DNA of 64,000 nt from Clostridia bacterium (lineage in GTDB: Bacteria; Bacillota; Clostridia; UMGS1883). A program made the position numbers and the translations under genes. Each line of letters starts with the position of its first letter. The first letter of the stretch is position 1. Location: assembly GCA_051866635.1 (NCBI GenBank), contig JBJDXJ010000009.1, forward strand, positions 1-64,000, in the 5' to 3' direction. Of this stretch, positions 37,689 to 48,600 are shown in pieces. The notes under the pieces were generated by a model that was not told where the DNA came from, did no database searches, and saw nothing but the letters and a program-made list of their open reading frames with translations.

Positions 37689-37734
37689 AAAAACCTCCTT
37701 GGCAGTAAACAATATTGCCAAAGGAGGTTTTTTT
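37689..37734 (+). terminator. thrS terminator whose 3' arm contains the sleB Shine-Dalgarno
   Basis: AAAAACCTCCTTGGCAGTA...TATTGCCAAAGGAGGTTTTTTT, directly followed by GTG. Confidence 0.75.
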
Positions 37735-38391
37735 GTGAAAAAAATAATTTCATTTATATTGGCAAGTACATTAATTTTAAGCACCGGAATATTATACAAT
37801 CTAAAGTCCCGGGATACACTTTCACGATTGGGCTCCTCGGGAAGCGAGGTTACAAAAATCCAGACAAAACTGAAAAACTGGGGCTATTACAAGGGAAATA
37901 TTGACGGGGTGTACGGCACCGAAACACAAGCTGCCGTTAAAAACTTTCAGAAGAAAAACGGTCTGACGGTTGACGGTATTGCAGGAAGTGCAACACTTTC
38001 CGCAATGGGAATTTCATATTCATCAGGTTCATCGGCATCCGATAACGATGTTTACCTTCTGGCACGAGCCATTAACGGTGAAGCACGTGGTGAGCCTTAT
38101 GCAGGTCAGGTTGCGGTTGGGGCAGTAATATTAAACAGGGTAAAGCACCCTTCTTTCCCAAATACTGTTGCAGGGGTTATTTATCAGAAAGGTGCATTTA
38201 CTGCCGTTGATGACGGACAGATTGACGCCGCAATGACATCCTCCTGTGAAAGGGCCGCCCGTGATGCACTAAACGGCTGGGACCCTACAGGAGGAGCGAT
38301 TTATTATTATAATCCTGTTACCGCCACAAATCAGTGGATAAGGTCAAGACCTATTATTCTTACCATAGGCAAACATGTGTTTTGTTCATAA
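37735..38391 (+). CDS. sleB: Spore cortex-lytic enzyme SleB
   Basis: Signal peptide, PG-binding domain (DGVYG...FQKKNGLTVDG), Hydrolase_2 motifs LARAINGEARGEPY, GWDPTGGAIYYYNP, IGKHVF. Confidence 0.93.
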   Translation: MKKIISFILASTLILSTGILYNLKSRDTLSRLGSSGSEVTKIQTKLKNWGYYKGNIDGVYGTETQAAVKNFQKKNGLTVDGIAGSATLSAMGISYSSGSSASDNDVYLLARAINGEARGEPYAGQVAVGAVILNRVKHPSFPNTVAGVIYQKGAFTAVDDGQIDAAMTSSCERAARDALNGWDPTGGAIYYYNPVTATNQWIRSRPIILTIGKHVFCS

Positions 38392-38482
38392 GTTTACACT
38401 TTGGTAAGGATAATTGGCTTGACAACTTGAAATCCTTTCTATATAATTGAAATAACACAATTATGATAAAGGAGTTTTTGTC

Positions 38483-38782
38483 ATGGCAGATATTAATAAC
38501 AACGAAGATATGGAAATGGAAGAATACGAACCTGAAATGGTGTCCCTTTTTGATGAGGACGGTACGGAAATTCAGTTTGAACTTTTGGACATTCTTGATT
38601 ATGAAGGTGACAGCTATGCGGTAATGCTTCCTCCCGATGATAACGAAGTGGTTATTATGCTTTTGGAAGAATTAAACGATGAGGAAGATGTTTATGCACC
38701 TGTTGAAGATGATGATGTTTTAACAGCAGTGTTTGATATGTTCAAAGAAAAATTCAAGGACGAATTTAACTTTGAAGACTGA
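38483..38782 (+). CDS. DUF1292-family acidic protein
   Basis: Very acidic 99 aa, SLFDEDG...FELLD...YAVMLP pattern. Confidence 0.75.
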   Translation: MADINNNEDMEMEEYEPEMVSLFDEDGTEIQFELLDILDYEGDSYAVMLPPDDNEVVIMLLEELNDEEDVYAPVEDDDVLTAVFDMFKEKFKDEFNFED

Positions 38783-38909
38783 TTCATATTTTAAAAGCTG
38801 AAAAGTTACTTTGCCCCAAGGAATGAGATTGGTTTTCCTTGGGGCTGTTTCTTCTTGAAAATTGGAAAAAAGTATGGTAAAATAAAGCTGTAAATATAAA
38901 AAAGGGGTA

Positions 38910-41900
38910 GTGAAAATGAGAAAAGTAATTTGTTTGTTAATTGCGGTAATCATGTGTTTATCCATAGTTCCTGCAATGGCAGAAGACGCTTCAACCAAAG
39001 TGCTTTTAAACGGTGAAGAGGCAGGTTTTGATGTGGTGAACGGCTATGTTCCAATAAGGGCATTTACCAAGGCTATAGGTGCAACCGTTACATGGGACAA
39101 TGAAAACAGGTGTGCAGTTGTAAAAGATGGGGGTATTGAAATTATCATCCCCATAGGACAAAAATGGGTGCAGAGAGCAGGGCTTAAGCATAGTATTGCA
39201 AGTGAAAGCATTATTTTAAATGAATTATCTTATATGCCTTATGAGGCACTCCGAGGCTTTAATGCTGCCTATAGCGTTGAAGAGTGCAGTTTAAAAATAG
39301 AAGTTTCGGTTTTTGACGGTAAGTATGTAAAACTTATAAATAACGGCAAGGCGTTGTCTCCCGAAGGTGGAAAATCAACGGACAGTGCCATGATTGTTAT
39401 GGAAGATGTAAGTGACAGCGACGCACAAATCTGGAAGTTTACAAGCCGTGGCAGTAACGTGTATCGCTTTGAAAATAAAAAGACCTTACGGGCTATTGAC
39501 GTACCCTCTGACAGCAAGGAAGCGGGACGTAACCTTATCCAGTACGGTAAAAACGGCGGCGGAAACCAAAATTATATCCCCGTAAGACAAAGTGACGGTA
39601 CATATCTTATTCAGTGCTATAATTCCAAACTTTACATGACAGTGGGTGAGGACTTTACTATTACACAGGAAGAATTGACAGGGGCGGAAAATCAAAAGTT
39701 CACCTTGGAAGTTGTAGGTGCAGAAGGTAATCTGGCAGATGATGTAATTGCCGAAGACACAGAAAAGGACCCCTTGGACTTAACTTTCGTAAAGGTTGAC
39801 GGTGAAGTGTACCAACTTTTTAAAGATGGGGACAGATATATAGGCGTGAACAAAAAAACAGGTGAAACACGTGATTTGACATACCCCATCCCCGGTGCAG
39901 TTAATGAAAGAGTAATTTTGGAAGAAGATACATATACAAATTCTGACTTTATAGGTGGTAAATATGTTAATCTTATGTTGGAGGATGGCAAAATTTTAAT
40001 CCTAAATGAAAAAACAAACGAAATTTGTGCGAAAGATAACAATACGGGTATAAATATAGTGGATCTTGAAACTGCCATTTGGGAGGTAGTTTCGGTAGGC
40101 AGTGATGCGTTCACACTTATAAACAAAAAAAGCGGAAAAGCAATTGATGTACCCAACGAAAGCAAGGAAGCAGGTATTAAACTTTCACAGTATACCTCAA
40201 ATAAAAAGAACCACCAAATCTACTCCTTGGAAAAAGCAGACGGCGATGGATTTAGACTGAAAAACAAAAATTCCAATATGTATTTAACTATTAAAGACAA
40301 TGTTGCTTATCAGGAAGAAAAAGCTGACAGCGGACAGGTATTTTTCTATAGAGTAGTTGGCGAAAGTGACAAAAAAATGGTTGCAATTACTGCCACACCT
40401 TTCGTATTAAAGGGTGACGAAGCGGTAACGAACGTAAAACTTCAGTGGAACGAAGTTATCGGTGCAAAGACATATGATATTTACAAATCCGTAGACGGCA
40501 GTGATTATGAACTAATATGGGCAATGACAGGCTTTACTTGTGACGATTACGATTTGGAAGTTGGCAAAACATATACATACCGTGTATATGCCTTAGACGA
40601 TAACGGTATGATTGGCTATGCCGAAACGGAGCCTTTTACACCTTATGAAATGCCCCTTGATATGAAATCTGTGTCAAACCTTGAGCCTGAAGGTATGAGT
40701 GTACCCGGTAAGGGTATGAGAGATAGCGATGGTATATATTACCGCTTCAGCCAAAAAAGCAGAACAGACGGCGGTAAGGGCTTTGGATGGATGGAAATGA
40801 CAACATCCACTGACGGTGTTACATATTCAGAACCAAAGGTTGTGCTTACTTATGAAGATATGTTAGCACACGAAACATGTAAGGACTTGCAGGACATCAA
40901 ATTTGAAAGCGTAAATATTAAGTATAACCCCAAGGCAAATAACTTTGGCTTTATCGCACATGCCGAAAAAGGCAGTGGCGGTTATGACTTTGCACGCATT
41001 TCCATTGCCACATATACCCCCGGTGACGACAAAATGGTTTTCCACGGTGCAGTACGCCCCGATGGTGACGATGTGCGTGACTTAAATACATTTATTGACG
41101 ATGACGGCACAACATATATCATGGGTGCCACACATAACAATGCAGACCTTGCAATTTACAGATTAAAGGACGACTGGTCAGGTATTGAAAAGAGGGTTGC
41201 CCTTATAAATCAGGGTAAGTGGCGTGAGCTTCCCAACATTTTAAAGGTTGACAATTACTATTATCTTTTCACCTCCGGCTGTGCAGGCTGGTACCCAACA
41301 CCGGGCATGTACAACAGTGCAACAGATATGGAAGGTGAATGGAGTGAATTAAGAAATGTGGGCAATATGACAACATTCTCCTCACAGTCAGGCTACGGTG
41401 CATATTTAAAGGAAAACAGCGAAAACTATTACATGAATTCCTATCGCTGGATGGGTAACTGGAAGGATGCCACGCTTAAAACAACACAGCAGCTCCGTTT
41501 CCCCATAACAGTAAGTAACGGCTATGCCTTTTATGACTATTTTGAAGAGCTTTTGTATAACTGGGAGGAAGATGTTCTTGTTCCCGTGCAGCGTGGAAGA
41601 ATTCTTTCACAGCAAAGACCTACAAGCTATGGGAAAAACGCAAATGACGGCAATTATAAGTCCCAGTGGACCGTAGATACAACATGGCCTTACTCTTGGG
41701 AGGTTGATTTAGGTTCTGTATATAATGTGAACCAGGTTCAGATTTCATGGAGAATACATATCGGAAGTGAAGCCTACTACAACTATGTAATTGAAGGCAG
41801 TGTTGACGGCGAAAACTATGAAGTGTTATGTGACCGCCGTGAAGGCTACACAGATTACGGCTTCACCGTTGACAATTTTTCAGGCAAAGCAAGATATGTA

Positions 41901-41987
41901 AAAGTAACAGTTACAGATGCTAAACCGAGAAGCGGTGAAAATAATTATCCTTCAAGCTTTTATGAAATAAAGGTATTGGGAAGATAG
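38910..41987 (+). CDS. Secreted modular glycoside hydrolase: copper amine oxidase-like N-domain, two ricin/CBM13 modules, Fn3, GH43 (subfamily 24-like beta-1,3-galactanase), F5/8-type CBM32
   Basis: QxW/QxY ricin repeats. GH43_24-like RDLNTFIDDDG, RELP...YYLFTSGCAGWYP, TTFSSQ. C-terminal ANDGN...W...VDLG...ARYVKV...YEIKV. Confidence 0.72.
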   Translation: MKMRKVICLLIAVIMCLSIVPAMAEDASTKVLLNGEEAGFDVVNGYVPIRAFTKAIGATVTWDNENRCAVVKDGGIEIIIPIGQKWVQRAGLKHSIASESIILNELSYMPYEALRGFNAAYSVEECSLKIEVSVFDGKYVKLINNGKALSPEGGKSTDSAMIVMEDVSDSDAQIWKFTSRGSNVYRFENKKTLRAIDVPSDSKEAGRNLIQYGKNGGGNQNYIPVRQSDGTYLIQCYNSKLYMTVGEDFTITQEELTGAENQKFTLEVVGAEGNLADDVIAEDTEKDPLDLTFVKVDGEVYQLFKDGDRYIGVNKKTGETRDLTYPIPGAVNERVILEEDTYTNSDFIGGKYVNLMLEDGKILILNEKTNEICAKDNNTGINIVDLETAIWEVVSVGSDAFTLINKKSGKAIDVPNESKEAGIKLSQYTSNKKNHQIYSLEKADGDGFRLKNKNSNMYLTIKDNVAYQEEKADSGQVFFYRVVGESDKKMVAITATPFVLKGDEAVTNVKLQWNEVIGAKTYDIYKSVDGSDYELIWAMTGFTCDDYDLEVGKTYTYRVYALDDNGMIGYAETEPFTPYEMPLDMKSVSNLEPEGMSVPGKGMRDSDGIYYRFSQKSRTDGGKGFGWMEMTTSTDGVTYSEPKVVLTYEDMLAHETCKDLQDIKFESVNIKYNPKANNFGFIAHAEKGSGGYDFARISIATYTPGDDKMVFHGAVRPDGDDVRDLNTFIDDDGTTYIMGATHNNADLAIYRLKDDWSGIEKRVALINQGKWRELPNILKVDNYYYLFTSGCAGWYPTPGMYNSATDMEGEWSELRNVGNMTTFSSQSGYGAYLKENSENYYMNSYRWMGNWKDATLKTTQQLRFPITVSNGYAFYDYFEELLYNWEEDVLVPVQRGRILSQQRPTSYGKNANDGNYKSQWTVDTTWPYSWEVDLGSVYNVNQVQISWRIHIGSEAYYNYVIEGSVDGENYEVLCDRREGYTDYGFTVDNFSGKARYVKVTVTDAKPRSGENNYPSSFYEIKVLGR

Positions 41988-41995
41988 TAAAAATG

Positions 41996-42154
41996 GGCTG
42001 TAAAAAAAGTCTCTAAAGAAATAAGTTAGACCATTTGGGACAGTCCCCATTATGGCAAATTGGGAGACAATTTGCCAAAGAAACCTTGCGAGGTTTTGTT
42101 GGGACAGTCCCGAAATGGTCTTTTGTTATCTTATTGTTGACTTTTTTTACAGCC
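41996..42154. mobile_element. 159-bp MITE/REPIN-like element with perfect 16-bp terminal inverted repeats
   Basis: GGCTGTAAAAAAAGTC / GACTTTTTTTACAGCC ends with nested internal stems. Lies between convergent genes. Confidence 0.6.
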
Positions 42155-42161
42155 TCTTTTG

Positions 42162-42902
42162 TTATCTTGGAATATCAATAATCAGCGGTGCATCTATAAG
42201 AGTGTTATATTCTTCCTCCAAAAAGAACAGACAAATATGACCGTCTTCAATATAGTAATTAAAGTCAAAAATGTCGTAGTCGTCAAGCTCCTTTTTAAAA
42301 GCGGTTATTTTAACATCAATGCCATATTTTTCGTCCACATAATTAATGATTTTATCTTTTATATATCTGCTTGTTTTTGCATATGTCATTGACATCACTT
42401 CCGTAATAAGCAGTTTTTCCCCTGTGGAAAGGTCAAAACTTATGCCTGAAACAGTTGTGAAATCGTCCTTTGTAAGCGACTCTTTAATACTTAAAATGCC
42501 GCCTTGGTTACATGTAACAATGGATGTAAAATCATAATTTATGTCAGATGACGGGTCTTTTTTAAAATCCGAAAGCTTTGATGTAAAAAAACATTCTCGC
42601 ATGTTACTTAAAACAAGGTTAATGCTTTCGGTATTGGGGTTAACGTTTTCGATAAAAGGCATACGGTAGTTTATTGTACACATTGTGCCGTTTTCGATAT
42701 CCTCATAAGTTTCATTTTTGTCAATCATTTTTATATTTACTGACTCAAAGTAATCAAATGTAGCTTCCTCGTTTCCATATTCACTTGCATCTTCAATCTC
42801 GGGCAAATATACCTCGCTGTTTTTCCCGAAAAGGAAGGAGGATGCAAAAAATGCTAATGCAAATATGATAACAACTACCATGATTGAAACAATCTTCTTC
42901 AT
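42162..42902 (-). CDS. Membrane-anchored hypothetical protein (PdaC/RsiV DUF4163/DUF3298-like)
   Basis: N-terminal TM, ILSI...FDLSTGEKL...D...FNYYI...F pattern. Confidence 0.5.
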   Translation of the reverse strand: MKKIVSIMVVVIIFALAFFASSFLFGKNSEVYLPEIEDASEYGNEEATFDYFESVNIKMIDKNETYEDIENGTMCTINYRMPFIENVNPNTESINLVLSNMRECFFTSKLSDFKKDPSSDINYDFTSIVTCNQGGILSIKESLTKDDFTTVSGISFDLSTGEKLLITEVMSMTYAKTSRYIKDKIINYVDEKYGIDVKITAFKKELDDYDIFDFNYYIEDGHICLFFLEEEYNTLIDAPLIIDIPR

Positions 42903-42977
42903 CAGGTATACCTCCAATTGTAAAAGGTTTAAGTATCATCATGTTATCATATGCAAAAAGTGTTGTCAAATTAATTT

Positions 42978-43817
42978 TCAGTGCTTGTTTTTGCCTTCAA
43001 AGCCTATGATTAAACCGCCTTCCTCTGCATAAAAACTGCAAAGGGCACCGCAGGGTATAATTTCAATATGGGCATTTGGAAAATCAGAAAGTATTATATC
43101 TTTCAAATTTTCGGCAAAATTAATATTAAAGCAATGGCTTATACGCACCTTGCCGCCTGTGTAGCCGTCTTTTATCATATCATCATAAATTGTGGCAAGT
43201 GCCTTTTTTTCGCCTCTGACTTTGTGACAAGGGTCTAATACACCCTCCAGGGCTTTGCCCACAACACGTATGCCAAGTACACCTGCCAATTTTGCAACCG
43301 CCGGGTTTACCCTGCCGTTACGGGCAAGATTTGTCATTGAGGACAGTGCAAAGTAAAGGTGTGTTGTGTCTTTATAAAGTGTAATTTCTTCTTCAATTTC
43401 TTCAAAGGATTTGCCCAAATTTATAAGGTCAGTAATTTTTTCAATAATAAGCTGCATTTCGCCTCCTGTAGAATAGGAGTCTATAACACAGATTTTTACA
43501 TCAGGGTGTTCTGCGATATACTGATTTTTTGCCAAAGAGGCTCCGTTGTAGCTGCCTGAAAGGTTGCTTGTTATTGTAATTGCAAAAATACAGTCTGCAC
43601 CCTCGTATGCTTCAAGCCATTCCGATATGTTGGGGCAAGATGTTTTTACAGTGCCCTTGACCTTTTTTAAATCGTCAACCATACTGCGTACATCTAAAAG
43701 AGAGTTATCTACATATTCTTTTTCTGATGATACAATCTTCAAAGGGGTGGTAATATAATCAACTTTGTCCCAAGTGAGAAGATTTGATGATGAATCTGAT
43801 ACTATTCTATATTTCAT
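42978..43817 (-). CDS. DegV-family protein
   Basis: IVSDSS, TSCP, ITSNLSGSYN, IDS, LARNGRV. Start moved to ATG 43817 (GGAGG RBS). Confidence 0.88.
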   Translation of the reverse strand: MKYRIVSDSSSNLLTWDKVDYITTPLKIVSSEKEYVDNSLLDVRSMVDDLKKVKGTVKTSCPNISEWLEAYEGADCIFAITITSNLSGSYNGASLAKNQYIAEHPDVKICVIDSYSTGGEMQLIIEKITDLINLGKSFEEIEEEITLYKDTTHLYFALSSMTNLARNGRVNPAVAKLAGVLGIRVVGKALEGVLDPCHKVRGEKKALATIYDDMIKDGYTGGKVRISHCFNINFAENLKDIILSDFPNAHIEIIPCGALCSFYAEEGGLIIGFEGKNKH

Positions 43818-43953
43818 GTTAGACCTCCGTAACTTAACATCGGTTTTTAAAAAACCTGTCAAAAGGTATTTTAATACACAATATAGGAATTGTCAAGTAT
43901 TTATTTGTTGACTAAAGATATAAATTGTGATAATATTCCCTTGAGGTGTTATT

Positions 43954-44469
43954 ATGACAGAAATAGATAAGGTAAAACAATTGTTATTGAATTTTAAACT
44001 GCCCTGCTACAACGAAATTCCTAATGTTGGGTTGTATCTTGAGCAGACCTCCAAATATATATCAGAATGTCTTTCGCCCTTGTGTGAAAATGCAATAACA
44101 GGTTCTATGATTAGTAACTATGTTAAAAAGGGGCTTATATCAAATCCCGTAAAAAAACAGTATAACCGTGACCAGATTGCATATCTTATGTTTATTGCAA
44201 TGGCAAAAACAGTATTGTCAATTGAAGATATAAAGCTTATGATTGAAATACAGAAGGATTCCTATGAAACACAGTTGGCATACACTTATCTGAAAGAGGA
44301 ATTTGAAAATGTCCTTCAATATGTGTTCGGCATAAAGAAGGAAATGGAGGTTTTAGGCAAACATAATAACGATGCTAAGATAATGCTGAGGAACGTTATA
44401 ATAACTATTGCCCACAAGGTATATCTTGATTCATATTTTTCAAATTACCGCAAAGAAAGAAATGGGTAA
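43954..44469 (+). CDS. DUF1836-family putative DNA-binding protein
   Basis: LPxYNEIPNVGLYLEQ, ITGSMISNYVKKG, PVKKQY. Divergent from degV. Confidence 0.85.
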   Translation: MTEIDKVKQLLLNFKLPCYNEIPNVGLYLEQTSKYISECLSPLCENAITGSMISNYVKKGLISNPVKKQYNRDQIAYLMFIAMAKTVLSIEDIKLMIEIQKDSYETQLAYTYLKEEFENVLQYVFGIKKEMEVLGKHNNDAKIMLRNVIITIAHKVYLDSYFSNYRKERNG

Positions 44470-44508
44470 AAAAATAACTGACATCTTAAAGGTGTCAGTT
44501 ATTTTTTT
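44468..44508 (+). terminator. Terminator; insertion point of repeat copy 2
   Basis: AAAAAATAACTGACATCT-TAA-AGGTGTCAGTTATTTTTTT. Confidence 0.8.
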
Positions 44509-44509
44509 A

Positions 44510-44721
44510 CAGGCTGTCGATAAACCTATTTTCCTCACAATCGCAAGGGGCTTGGGGAGTAAGCTCCCAAAAATAAAATCGGCAGGGTAATCGTATTGCC
44601 CTGCCGAAAGTGGCGATTTTAGGGGGTCGCAGACCCCTTGCACGAGAAATTGCCACTTTGTTCCTTAAAAATACCAGACCTCAAAGTGCTGAAGGGCATT
44701 GCCCGCCTTTTAGGTCGCGTG
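44510..44721 (+). mobile_element. Structured repeat element (MITE-like), copy 2, right end missing
   Basis: Shares the CAG(G/A)CTGTCGATAAAC start and identical 37-bp and 36-bp blocks with 21271-21505. Ends at the stop codon of the AraC gene. Confidence 0.7.
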
Positions 44722-45495
44722 TTATCCGTTCATTCTTACCGCATTGTAATAATCCTTAGGCGTATAGCCGTAGCGGTTTTTAAAAAGCCTGAAAAAGTGG
44801 GGAATATTCGTAAAACCACACATTTGGGCAATTTCATAAATTTTCATATCGTTTGAAAGACGCATAAGGTCCCTTGCTTTTTCAAGCCTTGCCCATATAA
44901 GGTCCTCGTTGGGGGTGGAGTGAAAAAACCGTGAATACATTTTATACCCTTGTGTACGTGAAATGCCCTTTTCTTTTAAAAGAATGGTAAAATCCAAAGG
45001 GTCTGCAATATTTGATAAAAACTCTGCACGGATTTCACTCATCTTGTTTAACATATCCCAGCTTTTGGAATTTTCTTCATCGTTATTTGTACCACGGGCA
45101 ATTGCCACTAAAAGGTTTAAAATAAGAGCTTGGATATTTTCTTCAAAGCCACGCTTTTTTACAGAGTTTTCTTTACATATATTAAAAAGTATATCATTTA
45201 TTTCCCTACAGTTATTTGGGAAAATGGGCTTATCCGTTTCAATATTAAGCTTTGCAAATAATTCTTCCGGCACGTTGAAACCGATGTAACTGTTGACAAA
45301 GCCATTTAAAGTGGTGTAGTTGTGATGTGTGCCTTTTTTATACAAAATGCAGGCACCTGCACCTTCTTCTTTGCCTGAAAGAAGAACGGGACCTTGAAAA
45401 TATAAAAAAGCGTGCTGGTTGATAGCCCAGCTAAAAGTAAGACTTGTGGGTTCTGCCACATTGTAGCCTGCATTCACAAATTTAATTCCCTGCAT
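44722..45495 (-). CDS. AraC-family transcriptional regulator
   Basis: C-terminal IYEIAQMCGFTNIPHFFRLFKNRYGYTPKDY. Divergent from the giant GH gene. Confidence 0.9.
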   Translation of the reverse strand: MQGIKFVNAGYNVAEPTSLTFSWAINQHAFLYFQGPVLLSGKEEGAGACILYKKGTHHNYTTLNGFVNSYIGFNVPEELFAKLNIETDKPIFPNNCREINDILFNICKENSVKKRGFEENIQALILNLLVAIARGTNNDEENSKSWDMLNKMSEIRAEFLSNIADPLDFTILLKEKGISRTQGYKMYSRFFHSTPNEDLIWARLEKARDLMRLSNDMKIYEIAQMCGFTNIPHFFRLFKNRYGYTPKDYYNAVRMNG

Positions 45496-45623
45496 TTCAT
45501 CACCCCTTTTTAAATATATCATAATGCGTACAATAATGCAATAAAAAAGTACAATAGGAAATTGATTAAAGTGGCAGAGGATTATATAATAAAGGCAGAT
45601 AGATATCTACAGGAGGGAAACTG

Positions 45624-48600
45624 ATGAAAAAATTAACAGCACTTCTATTGGTTCTTGCCATGACTTTGACTTTTATGCCTGTTATCAGTCTTGGCACTGA
45701 AACTACCCAAACGGCAGAAAGTATTTCCGCTTTCAGCTGGAATTTTGAAACAAACGCACAGAACGGAACGCTCCCCACGGTGGTAAGCTGGGGCAATTAC
45801 AGAGCAGCATTTATGAGCTTTGAAATTCCCGAGGAAATACTTTCCTATAAGGATGAAACAGTAATCATAAATGCCACCTTAAGTGCCAATATGACCTTTA
45901 ATAACGGCAGAGTGTCAGGTCAGGCACCTTTTGTTACAATTGTTGAGGCGGACGGTGATGCAATTGCATCAGCTGATATGGGCGGCGGAAGCGATACAAC
46001 AAATACTCTTAAAGCCGCATGGGCAGAGGGTAAAGTTTTAGGTACAATTGACACCCTTAAAGAGGATGTTTCCACAGTTATGGACATTACCGAAATTGTA
46101 AAGGGCGGCAAAACAAAAATAGGCTTGTACCTTACATGCCGAAGTGAGGACGGATATTTAAAAACAAACGGTATTGTAAACTTTAACTCTCCCTCACTTG
46201 AAATAACAGTAACCAAAGTAGACGAGGATTATTACTTAAACAGTCTTAATATTCCTTACAATATATCTGAAGGTTACATTCTTCCAAAATCAATAGGCGG
46301 TATGGATATTGTATGGAGTGAAAGTGAAATTAAAGCTGAAGGCGAAACAGTTTATAAAAAGCTGACAGCTTCAATTAATAATAAGACAAAGGATTTTGAT
46401 GTGATGATTATGGGTGAAAACGACAAATTTATTGCGGCATACACCACGGAGGACTCTGTGGCGGTGGGCAACAGTATGCACCTTGCCATAAAAACAGAAA
46501 CGGGATGGGAGGAATTGAACTTTGGCATAGGCGTTCTTTTTGCAAGTGCTGACCTTTCCGATGAAACTTCCGCAGGCACAACAAAGGTGCTGGAAAAGCC
46601 GTATATTTACAGAAAAGATAACGGCAAAATCGGTGTTAGTGCAAGATGCATGAAATTGGACGGCACAAAGGACGAATTTTTAACCCTTTGGGAAACTGAC
46701 GATCTTGTACATTTTGAGACTGTAGGCACAGCTGAAAACGTGGACGGCTATGAAACAGTGGACCGTGTAGAAGTTGAAGGCATTAACGGAACTGTTAGCT
46801 CGGTGTTCCCTATAACTGACAGTGAATACGAATACCTTACAAAAAAGCTTATGGAAGTGAAAAACACTTCTGTTGAACCTATTATTTTAAGTACGGTTCC
46901 CGGCAAGGCTATTAGTAAATTGCCTTCTCTTACAGCTAATTATTCCGACACTTCAAAGGGAGAAATCCCTGTAAAATGGAATGAAGAAGAACTTAACGCA
47001 ATTGATTTTAATAAAACAGGTATTTATACTGTTACAGGTCAGGCTCAGGTAGCAGATTACCCAAGCCCTATGTTTTACGGCGAAGCAGACCCTGTTATTT
47101 ATAATTATAACGGCAAATACTATTTTATTGCCACAAATGAAACAGGCAGTCAGCTTGACTTATACATAAGATGTGCCGACACTATTGACGAGCTTGAAAC
47201 GGCAGAGGAAGTTTTGATTTTCAAGCATACATCATCAGGCGACCACAGCGGTTGTAACTGGGCACCTGAACTTCACGTTATAAACGGTGAATTGTACTGT
47301 CTTTTCGCTTCCAGTACAACAGGCAGTTGGAACGCTGTTCAGAGCCGTATTATGAAATGTACAGGGGACCCCATGAATATCAACGACTGGGAAGCACCTG
47401 TAATGGTTACAAGAAAAGACGGAAGCAGCCTCATTGACGAAGGTATCACCCTTGATATGACATATTTTGAATCAAAGGGTAAGCACTACTATGCTTGGGC
47501 AGAACGTCCCATAACTTCTCAAGGAAACGGCAACAGCTACATTGCAATTGCCGAGATGGATCCTTCTGACCCCTATAGGATAACAACAGACCCCGTCATT
47601 ATCCGTATCCCCGAATACGGCTGGGACAGACGCACAACAACAGTTGACGAAGGACCCCACGTTTTAAAGCATGAGGGTAAAATTTATATGTCATTCTCAG
47701 GCTCAGGCTGTGACAACACATATTGCTTAGGTTATCTTATTGCAGATGAAGATGCAGATTTGCTTAATAAAGACAGCTGGAGAGTTACAAACTATCCCGT
47801 ACTTGCAAGCGAGCATGTGGCAGGGGAGTACGGCCCCGGTCATAACGCCTTTGCAAAGGACGAATACGGCAGAGATATTATAATTGTACATATGAAGCCT
47901 AACGGCGGTACAAGAAGCGGTACCGTAAGAACAATTCACTACGGATTTGACGGTACACCTATTTTGTATATGACTGCCGACAGATATCTTAAGAGTGAAT
48001 ACAGAAATGTTACTGCAACAATCTATGTACGTGACGAAGATGTAACAGATGAAGAATTTGAGCTTGAAAGCATTGTAAATAATCTTACGATACATAATGC
48101 TGACAACATAAAAGAACATATAACACTTCCAACAGAAATTGATGGTGCAACCATTTTATGGTCAAGCGACAACTCTGCGGTAACAAATGATGGTGTTGTA
48201 ACAAGAGGAAATGAAGATGTAAGGGTTAATCTTACTGCCCTTGTTTCAAAAAACGGCTTAACAAAAGAAAAGGTATTTACAGTTACAATAAAGGCTAAGA
48301 GAGAAACTCATGACAAGGTTGGCTATATTTACGCATACTTCCGCGGAAGCGTTAATGGCGAAAAAGAAGTACAACAGATACATCTTGCAATAAGTGACGA
48401 CGGTTTAAACTGGCGTGATTTAAACGGTAACTTCCCTGTTATTGAGTCAAAGATGGGTACAAAGGGATTAAGAGACCCATACCTTATCCGTTCCTATGAA
48501 GGTGACAAGTTCTACCTTTTGGCAACTGATTTAGATGCAAACGGGGGAGATTGGACACAATACGGAGAAAACGGAAGTCGCTACCTTATGATTTGGGAAA

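Noticed and set aside
42052-42240. 62-aa ORF across the 159-bp element
   Set aside because: No RBS, and it overlaps the fold-back element and the antisense of a real gene.
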